Assembly (NCBI GenBank): GCA_963778155.1
Contig: CAVZTK010000006.1
Span: forward strand, 791,962 to 855,961
DNA: 64,000 bases
Reading direction: 5' to 3'
Source of the DNA: an uncultured Chloroflexia bacterium
GTDB lineage: Bacteria > Chloroflexota > Limnocylindria > Limnocylindrales > CSP1-4
Shown piece by piece: positions 23,792 to 32,911 of the stretch. Positions within the stretch are counted from its first letter, which is position 1. Every line of letters starts with the position of its first letter. Made by a program: the position numbers and the translations under genes. The notes under the pieces are model-generated. The model made no database searches, was not told the DNA's origin, and saw only the letters and a program-made list of their open reading frames with translations.

Positions 23792-24061
23792 GCACGGTCC
23801 GCATCCCGCCGACCCTGCGTGTGGCCACCGGCGGCGCCAAGCAGGTCCAGGTCCCGGGCGGGACCGTTCGGGAGGTCGTCACCGGCCTCGTCGCGCTGCA
23901 TCCCGGACTCGAGGCCCAGCTCATCGCGCCCGATGGCGACCTCAACCGGTTCGTCAACGCGTTCCTCAACGACACGGACGTGCGCCACCTCGAGGACCTC
24001 GATACGCCCGTCGGGCGACGGCGACACCCTGGTCCTGCTCCCGGCGATGGCCGGCGGCTGA
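23788..24061 (+). pseudogene. MoaD/ThiS-type ubiquitin-like sulfur-carrier protein (MetO-like), one frame break
   Basis: VSTVRIPPTLRVATGGAKQVQVPGGTVREVVTGLVALHPGLEAQL...FLNDTDVRHLEDLDTPVG. Removing one G from the GGG at 24013-24015 continues the protein as DGDTLVLLPAMAGG-stop, the diagnostic C-terminal Gly-Gly. Confidence 0.8.
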
Positions 24062-24094
24062 AGCGGGCTCCACCGGGCGGCGCGGTGCGCCGGC

Positions 24095-25269
24095 TCAGGC
24101 TTCGTCGAGGGCGCGTGCGAGGTCCGCGATGAGGTCGCCCGGGTCCTCGATGCCGACCGACAGGCGGACGAGCGCCGCCGACACCTCGAGCGGCGACCCG
24201 GCCACGGACATGTGGGTCATCGCCGCCGGCAGCTCGATGAGCGACTCGACCCCACCCAGCGACTCGGCCAGGGTGAACAGCCGCGTCCCCTCGGCGACGG
24301 CGACCGCCCGCTCCGCGGCGCTGCGGCCGTGCCGTCCGCCATCGGTCGGCAGGAACGACACCATCCCGCCCATCGCCCGGGTAGTGGACCTCGGCCACGT
24401 CCGGCCGGCCGTCGAGGAAGTCGGACACCATCACGGCGTTCGCGCCGTGCCGTTCCATCCGCAGGTGGAGCGTGCGCAGCCCGCGCAGGACGAGGAAGCA
24501 GTCGAGCGGTCCCGGCACGGCGCCCATCGCGTTCTGCAGGAACCGCAGCCGCTCGGCGATCGCCGGATCCGAGGTGACGGCCACGCCCAGGACGGTGTCG
24601 GAGTGGCCGGCGAGGTACTTCGTCGCGGAGTGGAAGACGATGTCGGCCCCCTCGCGCAGTGGCCGCTGGAGAGCGGGAGAAGCGAACGTGTTGTCGACGA
24701 CGACCAGCGGACGGCGGCCGCCTTCCTCGGCGCGGCGGGCGACGGTGGCCACGGTCGCCCCGATGTCGACGACCTTGAGATGCGGGTTCGACGGTGTCTC
24801 GAACCAGACGAGCCGGGTCCGCTCTGTGAGCGCCTCCCAGAGCGCGTCCTGGCCGCCGGCGAGATCGATGTAGCGGGCGTCGACGCCGGCGCCCCGCCGG
24901 ACCCGTTCGAGGTAGCGATACGTGCCGCCGTACACATCGTCGCCGACCACGATCTCGTCACCCGGCGCCGCCAGCTCGGCGATGGCCGCCGTGACCGCCG
25001 ACCCCGACGCGAACGCGATCCCGTGCTCCGCCGCCTTCGAGCGCAGCGACGGCCCGTTCGAGCCGTTCGCGGGTCGGGTTCTGCGAGCGAGCGTATTCGT
25101 ACCCGCGTCGCGGCCGACCGACGCCGTCCTGGGCGAACGTCGAGGTCTGGTAGATCGGTGGCGAGACCGCGCCGGTCAGCTCGTCCGGCTCGGCGCCTGC
25201 GTGGACGGCCAGCGTGTCGAAGGCGTACGGCTCGGTGACGTCGGGGCGCGGGTCGGGCATCAAGGCCAT
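24095..25269 (-). pseudogene. Cystathionine gamma-lyase/gamma-synthase family (Cys/Met-metabolism PLP enzyme), frame-disrupted
   Basis: The N-terminus reads FDTLAVHAGAEPDELTGAVSPPIYQTSTF...NPTRERLE. The middle reads EHGIAFASGSAVTAAI...DDVYGGTYRYL...VVDNTFASP...HSATKYLAGHSD (PLP Lys). The C-terminus reads GGMVSF...[19 protein letters not shown]...VRLSVGIED. Breaks lie near 25027-25036 and 24361-24385. At the second junction the usual roughly 17 residues between YPG and GGMVSF appear to be missing. Confidence 0.85.
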
Positions 25270-25282
25270 GGTAGCGGGCCGG

Positions 25283-25846
25283 TCAGGCGGCGGGCGGCCA
25301 CCCATCGAGATGGAAGACGAGCTCCTCGCCGTCGATGTCGTCGATCTGGACGCCGACCTGCTCGAAGCCGAGACCGCGGACGATCGCCAGCGAGCCGACG
25401 TTGTCGGGCGAGACCGACGCTCGGAAGCGGTCGACGCCCTGCGCGTGCGCCCAATCGAACAGCGCGCGGACGACCTCGGTCGCGACACCTTGGCGGCGGT
25501 ACTCGGGCTGGACCTTGTAGCCGACCTCGACGCGACCATCGGCGTCGGGCGGAGCATGGAACCCGCACGAGCCGATCGCCCGTCGCGTGCCGTCGTCTTC
25601 GGTCAGAACGATCGCCCGGCCGAGCCACGGCTGAGCGGCCGGGTCCTCGGTCAGGTCCGCGATGCGGTACTGGAGGAAGTTGTCGAGGTCGTCCGGAAAG
25701 CTCTCCGGGACCGTGGCTCCGAGCTCGGCCTCCGCGGCGACCAGGTGGCGGGCGACCAGGTGGCGCATGAACGGCAGCGACATCGACTCGAGCTCGAAGC
25801 GTCGCGTCCGGATGGGCGGCACGGACATGTCCTCAGCCTCGGCCAT
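25283..25846 (-). CDS. GNAT family N-acetyltransferase
   Basis: Intact 187 aa. Acetyl-CoA-binding motif EYRRQGVATEVVRALFDWA and C-terminal NVGSLAIVRGLGFEQVG. The start may instead be the internal Met at 25828. Confidence 0.85.
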   Translation of the reverse strand: MAEAEDMSVPPIRTRRFELESMSLPFMRHLVARHLVAAEAELGATVPESFPDDLDNFLQYRIADLTEDPAAQPWLGRAIVLTEDDGTRRAIGSCGFHAPPDADGRVEVGYKVQPEYRRQGVATEVVRALFDWAHAQGVDRFRASVSPDNVGSLAIVRGLGFEQVGVQIDDIDGEELVFHLDGWPPAA

Positions 25847-27269
25847 TCGGTCGATGGGTCAGGTACTCGAGGACATCGAGCTTGGTGACGACGCCCACCG
25901 GGCGCCCGGCACGCGTCGCGATGACCGCCGACGCCCCGCCGGCGGTCAACAGGCTGAACGCGTCGTCGAGGCTGTCGGCAAGGTCCACCAGGGGCAACGG
26001 CCGGTCCATCACCTCGCCGACGGTCCGGTCCACCGTCGACGGGTCGCGGAAGGCACGGTCGAGCAGGCCCTTCTCCGTGATCGAGCCGACGATGCCCTCG
26101 ACCGCGTCGCCCTCCGGTTGCTCGGACACCGGGAGCTGGCTGATCCCGAACTCCTGGAAGATCTCGATCGCCTCGCCGACCCGCTGGGTCGTCCGCGCCA
26201 GCACGAGGTCGGGTCGCGGTCCGGCGTGACGACGGTCGTCGAGCAGGTCGCCGACGCGAACGATGGCACCGGTCGTCGGGAGCAGCCCGTTGACCCGCAT
26301 CCACTCGTCGTTATAGACCTTGGACAGGTAGTTCCGGCCGCTGTCGGGCAGAAGGACGACCACCACCGCGGCTGCGCCGCGCTCGGACTGCGTCAGGTCC
26401 CGGACGACCTCGCGCGCCGCGACCATGGCCGTGCCGCACGAGCCACCCGACAGGATCCCCTCCTCACGCGTCAACCGCCGCGCCATGGCGAACGCGTCGC
26501 GGTCGCTGACCCGGATCCAGCGGTCCACGACGGCCGGGTCGTACGTGCCAGGCAGGAAATCCTCCCCGACGCCCTCGGTCAGGTACGGACGCGCGACGTC
26601 GCCCGACAGGACGCTCCCCTCGGGGTCCGCACCGATCACCTGGATCGTCGGGTCGTGGGCCTTCAACGCCCGGGCGGCGCCGCTGATCGTGCCGCCCGTC
26701 CCGACACTGGCCACGAAGTGGGTGACCCGCCCGTCGGTCTGCTCCAGGATCTCGGGACCGGTCGTGCGCTCGTGAGCGGCCGGGTTCTCCGGGTTCCAGT
26801 ACTGGTCGGGCTTGAACGCGCCCGGGATGTCGCGCGCGAGCCGTGCGGCGACCGAGTAGTAGCTCTCGGGCGATTCGGGGGTGACGTTGGTGGGACACAG
26901 GACGACCTCCGCGCCATACGCCCGCAGGAGCTGTTGCTTCTCCGCCGACTGCTTGTCGGCCATCACGAAGATGCAGCGGTAGCCCTTGAGCGCCGCAGCG
27001 ATCGCGAGACCGTGTCCGGTGTTGCCCGATGTCGGCTCGATGATGGTGCCGCCCGGACGCAGGAGCCCGGCCCGTTCGGCAGCCTCGATCATCGGCAGGC
27101 CGATCCGATCCTTGACGGAGCCGCCCGGATTGAGCATCTCGAGCTTGGCCAGTAGCAGCGGCTGGCGGTCGGCTGGGCCGAGGTCGCGAGTCAACCTGCT
27201 GATCCGAACGAGCGGCGTGCCGCCGACCAGGTCGAGGATCGACTCCGCGTACTGCATCGGCCGGAGCAT
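25833..27269 (-). CDS. Cystathionine beta-synthase (PLP domain plus tandem CBS domains)
   Basis: Intact 478 aa. LNPGGSVKDRIG (PLP Lys), EPTSGNTGHGLA and SVGTGGTISG are followed by two CBS-pair-like segments (VGDLL...ISQLPV, VGEVM...VVTKLDVL). Confidence 0.9.
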   Translation of the reverse strand: MLRPMQYAESILDLVGGTPLVRISRLTRDLGPADRQPLLLAKLEMLNPGGSVKDRIGLPMIEAAERAGLLRPGGTIIEPTSGNTGHGLAIAAALKGYRCIFVMADKQSAEKQQLLRAYGAEVVLCPTNVTPESPESYYSVAARLARDIPGAFKPDQYWNPENPAAHERTTGPEILEQTDGRVTHFVASVGTGGTISGAARALKAHDPTIQVIGADPEGSVLSGDVARPYLTEGVGEDFLPGTYDPAVVDRWIRVSDRDAFAMARRLTREEGILSGGSCGTAMVAAREVVRDLTQSERGAAAVVVVLLPDSGRNYLSKVYNDEWMRVNGLLPTTGAIVRVGDLLDDRRHAGPRPDLVLARTTQRVGEAIEIFQEFGISQLPVSEQPEGDAVEGIVGSITEKGLLDRAFRDPSTVDRTVGEVMDRPLPLVDLADSLDDAFSLLTAGGASAVIATRAGRPVGVVTKLDVLEYLTHRPNGRG

Positions 27270-27297
27270 AGCGTGCGCCGGACGGCCCGGCCCCCGT

Positions 27298-28233
27298 TCA
27301 GCCGTCGCGATCGAGGGGACCGGGGCGCAGCAGCAGGAAGGTCAGCCGTCGCCGCAGGCGACGCGGGCGGCCCGCCGGATCGACGGTCCGCGGATAGAGA
27401 GCTTCGACCGCTGGCCCGAGGATGTCGGCCAGTGCGTCGCTCATCCGGTGGGCGATCGCGAGCTCCTCGCGCGTCCCCTCGGGCGGGAAGGCCGCATCGG
27501 GCGCCAGGCTCGCCAGGGCACGAGCCGAGGTGGGCGGCAGGACCCGCGAGGCGAGCCGGCGTCCGATGTACAGCTCCTCGGTCCCGGCGATGGCGAGCGG
27601 CACGATCGGTGCGTCGGTCCGCATGGCGATGACCGCCCAGCCGGTCCGGAACGCGCCGATGCGGCCTGGCGGCCCGCTCACCGTCCCTTCGGGCATCTGG
27701 GCGAACACCGCACCGTTGGCGATGACGGCCCGTGCCGCCGCCACGTGCTGCTCGATCCCGACCCCTCCACGCCAGACCGGCAGCAGGCCGCCGATCCGAT
27801 GGATGAGCTTCTCGCGCCAGGGCGACGTGAACGTCGAGGGTGCGCTGCCCAGGAACCAGGCGCGCGGCTCGGGTGGGATGGCGTGCATCACCACGAACGG
27901 ATCCATCCAGCCTCGATGCGCGGCGGCCACCAGCAGGTATCCCCCACGCGGCAGATGCTCCTGGCCCGTGGTCCGGATGCGGAACCGGAAGACCACGAAG
28001 ATCACGAACCGGGCCACCAGCCGCAGGACCCGATAGAGGACCGAGGCTCGTGCCTCCGGCTGCCGGCCGAGCCAGGCGAGGCCCTCGATGGCGCCACCCC
28101 GCTGGGAGGCCAGGGCCTCGGGCGAGATCCGGCCGGGCGGGGGCCGACGTCGGCCGGTGGCCGGACCAGGATCAGGCTGGGCCACGTCAGGCGGGGGGTT
28201 CGTCGGCCGCCGATCCGTCGGCCGCGGGTCCAT
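27298..28233 (-). CDS. 1-acyl-sn-glycerol-3-phosphate acyltransferase family (PlsC-like)
   Basis: HX4D motif AAAHRGWMDPF, then FAQMPEGTVSG and IVPLAIAGTEE. The N-terminal Pro/Arg-rich 60 aa overlaps the tail of lgt, so the true start may lie further downstream. Confidence 0.8.
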   Translation of the reverse strand: MDPRPTDRRPTNPPPDVAQPDPGPATGRRRPPPGRISPEALASQRGGAIEGLAWLGRQPEARASVLYRVLRLVARFVIFVVFRFRIRTTGQEHLPRGGYLLVAAAHRGWMDPFVVMHAIPPEPRAWFLGSAPSTFTSPWREKLIHRIGGLLPVWRGGVGIEQHVAAARAVIANGAVFAQMPEGTVSGPPGRIGAFRTGWAVIAMRTDAPIVPLAIAGTEELYIGRRLASRVLPPTSARALASLAPDAAFPPEGTREELAIAHRMSDALADILGPAVEALYPRTVDPAGRPRRLRRRLTFLLLRPGPLDRDG

Positions 28234-29387
28234 GTCCCGGCTTGCCTACCTCGTCCGCGCCATCGGTGACGGTCGCGCTGTCGGTGACGGTCGCGCTGTC
28301 GCCCTCGTCGCCGTCGCCCTCGTCGCCGTCGCCCTCGTCGCCGTCGCCCTCGTCGCCGTCGCTCGTCGCCGTCGTCCACTTCCCCATCCTCGTCCTCGTC
28401 GTCTGTCGTCCTCTTCGTCGTCGTCTCGTCCTCTTCGTCGTCGTAGTCGTCATCGTCGTCCTCTTCGTCGTCGAGCTCGGCCTGCCGATCGAGCGCTTCG
28501 ATCTCCTCATCTGTCAGCGGCCGCCCGATGGCGCCCCAGGTCGCCAGCCTCGGTCGCGTCGCAGGCTCGTCGAGCGGATGGCCGGGCCGGTGCCGCCAGG
28601 CCAGGACCACCAGCGATGGGAGGACGATGACCGCCGAGACGATCATCGCCACCGGAACCCCGAAGAACGTCCAGTTGTCCGCGCGCAGGGTCTCCAGCAC
28701 GAACCGGACGGTGCCATACCAGACGAAGAAGACCAGGATCAGGTCGCCCGTGCGCAGCCGCTTGCGAAGGTGGAAGCCGATCCAGACGAGCGTCAGGGCG
28801 CCGAGCACGCCCGAGATGGACTCGTACAGGAACAGTGGGTGGAAGAACTGGCCGAGGGTGTCCGTCGGAGCGGAGCCAGGGGGGCAGACATACGCCGCCA
28901 CGCGATGCGCGCAGTCGATCGGGATGCCCCACGGCAGGGTCGTCGGCGGGCCGTACAGCTCCTGGTTGAAGAAGTTGCCCCAGCGGGCGATGGCCTCCAT
29001 CGTGAACAGGCCCGGCGCGACGATGTCGGCCCAGCGCAGGAAATCCTGGCGATTGGCGCGCACGTACAGGTAGGCCGCCGCGGTCCCGAAGATGATCCCG
29101 CCGTACACACCGAGTCCCGAGTAGGGCGGCAGGAAGATCTTGATCGGGTCGTCCTTGTACAACGCCCACTGGTCGATGACGTGGTACAGCCGGCCGCCGA
29201 TGAGCGCCGCGACCGCGACGATGATCATCCCGTTGCCGACGAGATCGGGGTCCTCGCCAGCTCGGCGCGCCAGCCAGACGATGACGAAATAGGCCGCGGC
29301 GAGACCCAGTGCGTAGCCGATGCCGTACCAGTAGACGGGGATCGGGCCGAGCTGGATCGCGATCGGGCTGGGCGTGAAGTCGAGCAT
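28187..29387 (-). pseudogene. lgt: Prolipoprotein diacylglyceryl transferase with long acidic repeat tail, one frame break in the tail
   Basis: Canonical Lgt: VYWYGIGYALG, LIGGRLYHV, GLGVYGGIIFG, IARWGNFFNQELYG, FFHPLFLYESI and FFVWYGTVRFVLETLR. The tail reads ELDDEEDDDDDYDDEEDE...DDGDE. It then continues in another frame (break near 28362-28375) as SDGDEGDGDEGDGDEGDGDEGDSATVTDSATVTDGADE..., with the stop at 28187. Confidence 0.88.
28263..28360. repeat. In-frame tandem repeats inside the lgt tail (2 x 18 bp, 4 x 15 bp)
   Basis: TCGGTGACGGTCGCGCTG occurs twice (28263-28298). GCCCTCGTCGCCGTC occurs four times (28301-28360), all copies perfect. On the minus strand these encode (DSATVT)2 and (GDGDE)4. 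Confidence 0.9.
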
Positions 29388-29428
29388 CCGCGGAAGTGTA
29401 ACGGCGCGGCTCCCTATACTTCCCGCGG

Positions 29429-29725
29429 GTGAATGCCGAGTTCAACGTATGGCTGCTCATCGTCGGGCTCGTCCTTGGAGCCGGGCTGGTCTGGCTCGTC
29501 GTGATGGACTCGCGCCGGCGCGATGCCGAGATCGACGCGGTGGAGCGGCCACGCGAGGCGGCCTGGCTGTCGGCCGCGCTGCGCGAGGACGGGTACGACG
29601 TCAGCCCCGAGGCAGCCGACCGCCTCCTGCTCCTGCACCGTGAGTATCTCGACGCGCCGCCGCCCGACGAGGAGACCGATGTCGTGGCGGCCGAGGAGCG
29701 ACCGCCGGGGCCGCTGGCTAGCTGA
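29429..29725 (+). CDS. Hypothetical protein with N-terminal TM helix
   Basis: 98-aa ORF. NVWLLIVGLVLGAGLVWLVVM is followed by a charged soluble tail. It is transcribed divergently from lgt. Confidence 0.45.
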   Translation: MNAEFNVWLLIVGLVLGAGLVWLVVMDSRRRDAEIDAVERPREAAWLSAALREDGYDVSPEAADRLLLLHREYLDAPPPDEETDVVAAEERPPGPLAS

Positions 29726-30597
29726 GCGTGCCGACCATGACCGGGTCGGCCGACACCGGGGTTCCGTCGGGCCCGACCAGCGATAGCCCGAAGGTGGCCC
29801 CGCTCGGCAGGCTGGACACGGCATCGGTCTCGCCCGCCCAGTAGGCGAGATCATTGCCAAAGAACATCTTCCCGATCCGCTGGCGGGTCCCACCGGATTC
29901 CACCCAACAGCGGTACTCGTAGCCCGCAGGAGGCGGCGTCAGCCCGCTGGCGAGCCACACGAGCTCGGTGGTCGACGGGAGAGAAGGCAAGGCTTCCGGC
30001 GGCGGTCGGGTCCGACACCCCGGTCAGGGCGACGTGCTGCTCGTCGGGCTGGGCGTTGACCGCCAACGCGGTCGTGCTGACCTCTTCGAGGGCATCGATC
30101 GTCTGTTCATGGGCCGCGATCTGCGTGTCCGCCCGATTGCCGACCACCAGCGCGGTCCCGGCGATCGACAGCAGGACCGCCGCGGCGATGGTGGCGACCC
30201 AGCCGATGACCGGCACGACCCGTCGCCGGCTGGCGATGGGCGTCGGCGGGGCCATCGGTGTGGCGACGAGCGACGGCTGGGCCAAGACCGTGGTCGTCGG
30301 GCTCGCGGTCGCCGCGACACCGGCCGTCGCTGCCACCAGCGGCCGGATCACGCCTTCGGAACGGATCGCCGCCAGGGTCCGGGCCTTCAGGTCCGGCGAC
30401 GGCATCTCGCGAACGACTGCGCCGATGAGCGGCGCGGCACGCCCCAGTCGAGCGAGCTCGTCCGCGCACGCCGGGCAGCCCGCGACATGAGCGGCGACCG
30501 CCTGGGCCGTCGCGGTGTCGCCGGCCATCAGCCGGTCGAGCCCACCCGGCTCGACCGCCGCCAGCTCCAGCTGTTCGCGGGTTTCCTCGTGATCCAT
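29718..30597 (-). pseudogene. Anti-sigma factor (zf-HC2 N-domain, one TM helix, RskA-like extracytoplasmic domain), one frame break
   Basis: The N-terminus has HVAGCPACADEL and the TM helix is VIGWVATIAAAVLLSIAGTALVV. ORFs 29851..30597 and 29718..29990 join as GSLAFSP|STTELVWLASGLTPPPAGYEYRCWV after removing one C from the CCC (plus-strand GGG at 29977-29979). It lies directly downstream of the ECF sigma gene. Confidence 0.8.
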
Positions 30598-30605
30598 CGT
30601 CTTCC

Positions 30606-31280
30606 TTATCGTTCTTCGCCGGCCGGGACCGGCACGTCATCGAATGCGCTCGCCGGCCCGAACTCCCCGCCGAGCCCCTCGCGCAACCGCAGCAGCGCCC
30701 GCCGTGTCCGGGTCTTGACCGTGCCGAGCGGCCATCCCAGACGATCGGCGATCTCCGCCTGTGACAGCTCCTCCTGGTAGGCCAGCAGGATGACCGTGCG
30801 CTCGACCTCAGGAAGTCCGGCGACCGTCACCCGGATCGCCTCGCGGCGATCCTCGGCGGCGAAGGCGTCCTCCGGGCTGGCCGGCGCCTGTGCCCCGGCG
30901 ACCACCTGGCCGCCCGACACCAGCCGTTCGAGCGCCTGGGTCGGATCCTCGTCGGATGCCGCCGCCGACGACAACGCGACCAGCGGCGGACGACGGCCTG
31001 CCGCCCGCAGCCGATCGATCGCCCGGTTGCGGGCGATCGTGTGCAGCCACGCGGCGAGCGAGCCGGCGTTCTCGTCGTACGACTCTGCCCTGTTCCACAA
31101 GGCGAGGAATGTCTCTTGCACGACCTCCTCGGCCGTCCCTCGATCCGATGTCAGCCGGTACGCCGCTGCGAAGATCGCCGGTCCGTATCGGTCATAGATG
31201 GTCTCGAGCGCGGCCTCGGACCCCGCGGCCATCCGTCGGACGACCTCGGCGTCGTCGGTCGGACCCCCTCGACCATTCAT
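30606..31280 (-). CDS. ECF (sigma-70 group 4) RNA polymerase sigma factor
   Basis: ATG at 31280. Region 2 reads AEEVVQETFLALWNR...WLHTIARNRAIDRLR. Region 4 reads LPEVERTVILLAYQEELSQAEIADRLGWPLGTVKTRTRRAL. Confidence 0.9.
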   Translation of the reverse strand: MNGRGGPTDDAEVVRRMAAGSEAALETIYDRYGPAIFAAAYRLTSDRGTAEEVVQETFLALWNRAESYDENAGSLAAWLHTIARNRAIDRLRAAGRRPPLVALSSAAASDEDPTQALERLVSGGQVVAGAQAPASPEDAFAAEDRREAIRVTVAGLPEVERTVILLAYQEELSQAEIADRLGWPLGTVKTRTRRALLRLREGLGGEFGPASAFDDVPVPAGEER

Positions 31281-31365
31281 GCCCCGATACGTCCCGTTGC
31301 GCTCATCGGTTTTTGCAGCCCCTCCGGCAGGCCGATAGCCTACCCCGAGAGCCTCCTGGCCGCGA

Positions 31366-31680
31366 TCACCACGATCCCGCGGGGCGGTGACGGACCTCCG
31401 CGAGCCTGCCCGCCGGGAGGTGCGCCTCGAGACATGCCACGCCCGACGGGCCGACCACGGCGTCGTGGGTCGTCCCGGCCGGAAGCTCGAGGCGATCGCC
31501 GGCGTCAAGGTCGATCATGGCTGAGCTCGCCGGCAGACCGAACCGGATCGATCCGCGCTCGACAGCGATGACCTTGTCGTAGCCGTGGTCGTGGGCGGCG
31601 TACCGGTCGCCCGGTCCGTTCGACCAGGGCGTGGCGTCGAGGCCCTCGTCGTGGAGGCGGCGGCCGACATCGTCGGGCAT
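31366..31680 (-). CDS. Cupin domain protein
   Basis: ATG at 31680, 104 aa. The cupin motifs are DRYAAHDHGYDKVIAVERGSIRF and DRLELPAGTTHDA. It lies immediately downstream of the VIT1 gene. Confidence 0.7.
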   Translation of the reverse strand: MPDDVGRRLHDEGLDATPWSNGPGDRYAAHDHGYDKVIAVERGSIRFGLPASSAMIDLDAGDRLELPAGTTHDAVVGPSGVACLEAHLPAGRLAEVRHRPAGSW

Positions 31681-31690
31681 CGTCGATCGC

Positions 31691-32887
31691 TCAGGCTGCG
31701 GTGACGCCGATGATCGACCCGATCGCGAACGTGACCAGGGCGGCCGCGAGGCCGATCCCGAGCTGGCGGAAGCCCGAGAACAGCAACCCACGTCCGGTCA
31801 GCAGGCTGACCCCGGCGCCGACCATGAACAACGCGATGAGGCTCAGGCCGAGACTGACCATGAGCGCCGCCGACCCGCCGCCGAACAGCCACGGGATGAC
31901 GGGGATCGAGGCGCCGATGGCGAATGCGACGAACGAGCCGGCCGCCGCTCCCCAGGGCGACCCGAGCTGGTCGGGGTCGAGGCCGAGCTCTTCGCGGACC
32001 AGCATATCGAGGGCGGCGTCGGGATCGGCGAAGATCCGGTGGGCGATCCGCGCCGCTTCATCGGCGGTGAACCCTTTCGCCCGGTACGAGGCGGCAAGCT
32101 CGGCCTCCTCCTCGTCGGGCATCGCCTCCATCTCCGCCCGCTCGAGCGCGATCTGACGCTCGAACAGCTCGCGCTGGCTCTGCATCGAGATGTACTCGCC
32201 GGCCGCCATGCTGAACGATCCCGCGAGCAGGCCAGCGACACCGGCGAGAAGGATGAAGCTGGGATTGCTCGACGCGGCCCCGGCGACGCCCATCACCAGC
32301 GACAGGTTGCTGACCAGGCCGTCACTGACGCCGAAGATGACCGCCCGCAGCGTGCCGGACCGGCCGCCCGCGCGGTGCCAGGTCTCGCGCTGACCGACTT
32401 CGGCGGCACTCCGCGCCCGTCGCGCGATGGCGACCCCGTCGCGGGCCGGGTCGCGCATCTCGGCCGATCGCTCACCGGCCGTGAGGCGGTCCCAGATGAT
32501 GGCGTGCTCACGCTCGTCGGCGGCGATCGAGGCGACCTCGGGCGAGTCCTGGGACTCGTACGCCGCCTCCTCGTCGCCTTCGAGCGCCTTGACCAGCTCC
32601 GAGACCGCCGATGTCCCGAGCAGGCGGGCGACGATGATGATCAGCCGCACGCGCAGCCGTGGACCGCCGGCCGGCGGGACGTCCACGCCGAGGTCGCGCA
32701 GCTTGCCGGCCCAGATCTCGGCGTGGCGCCGCTCGTTGCCGGCGATGCGGGTGAACGCCTCGGCGCGTCGCGGGTCCTTCTCGATCCCGGCCAGGGCGTC
32801 GTACAGGACGATCGCGTCGCGTTCCAGCTTCAGGTTATCGAGGCTCAGCTCGACGTCGATCGGGGACACGACGGCATCGTAGGACAT
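31691..32887 (-). CDS. VIT1/CCC1-family iron/manganese transporter with N-terminal ferritin-like domain
   Basis: Intact 398 aa. Ferritin-like ERDAIVLYDALAG...NERRHAEIW...ADEREHAIIW. The VIT1 membrane domain follows: AVIFGVSDGLVSNLSLVMGVAG...SMAAGEYISMQSQRE. Confidence 0.85.
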   Translation of the reverse strand: MSYDAVVSPIDVELSLDNLKLERDAIVLYDALAGIEKDPRRAEAFTRIAGNERRHAEIWAGKLRDLGVDVPPAGGPRLRVRLIIIVARLLGTSAVSELVKALEGDEEAAYESQDSPEVASIAADEREHAIIWDRLTAGERSAEMRDPARDGVAIARRARSAAEVGQRETWHRAGGRSGTLRAVIFGVSDGLVSNLSLVMGVAGAASSNPSFILLAGVAGLLAGSFSMAAGEYISMQSQRELFERQIALERAEMEAMPDEEEAELAASYRAKGFTADEAARIAHRIFADPDAALDMLVREELGLDPDQLGSPWGAAAGSFVAFAIGASIPVIPWLFGGGSAALMVSLGLSLIALFMVGAGVSLLTGRGLLFSGFRQLGIGLAAALVTFAIGSIIGVTAA

Positions 32888-32911
32888 CGACGCCGCGTAG
32901 ACTCCGGGGTC

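Noticed and set aside
28263-28360. Tandem direct repeats here and at 38430..38582, considered as a possible CRISPR array or minisatellite.
   Set aside because: The repeats are contiguous with no spacers. Their lengths are multiples of three, and they lie inside coding frames (the lgt tail and a repeat mini-protein). No cas genes are present in the window.
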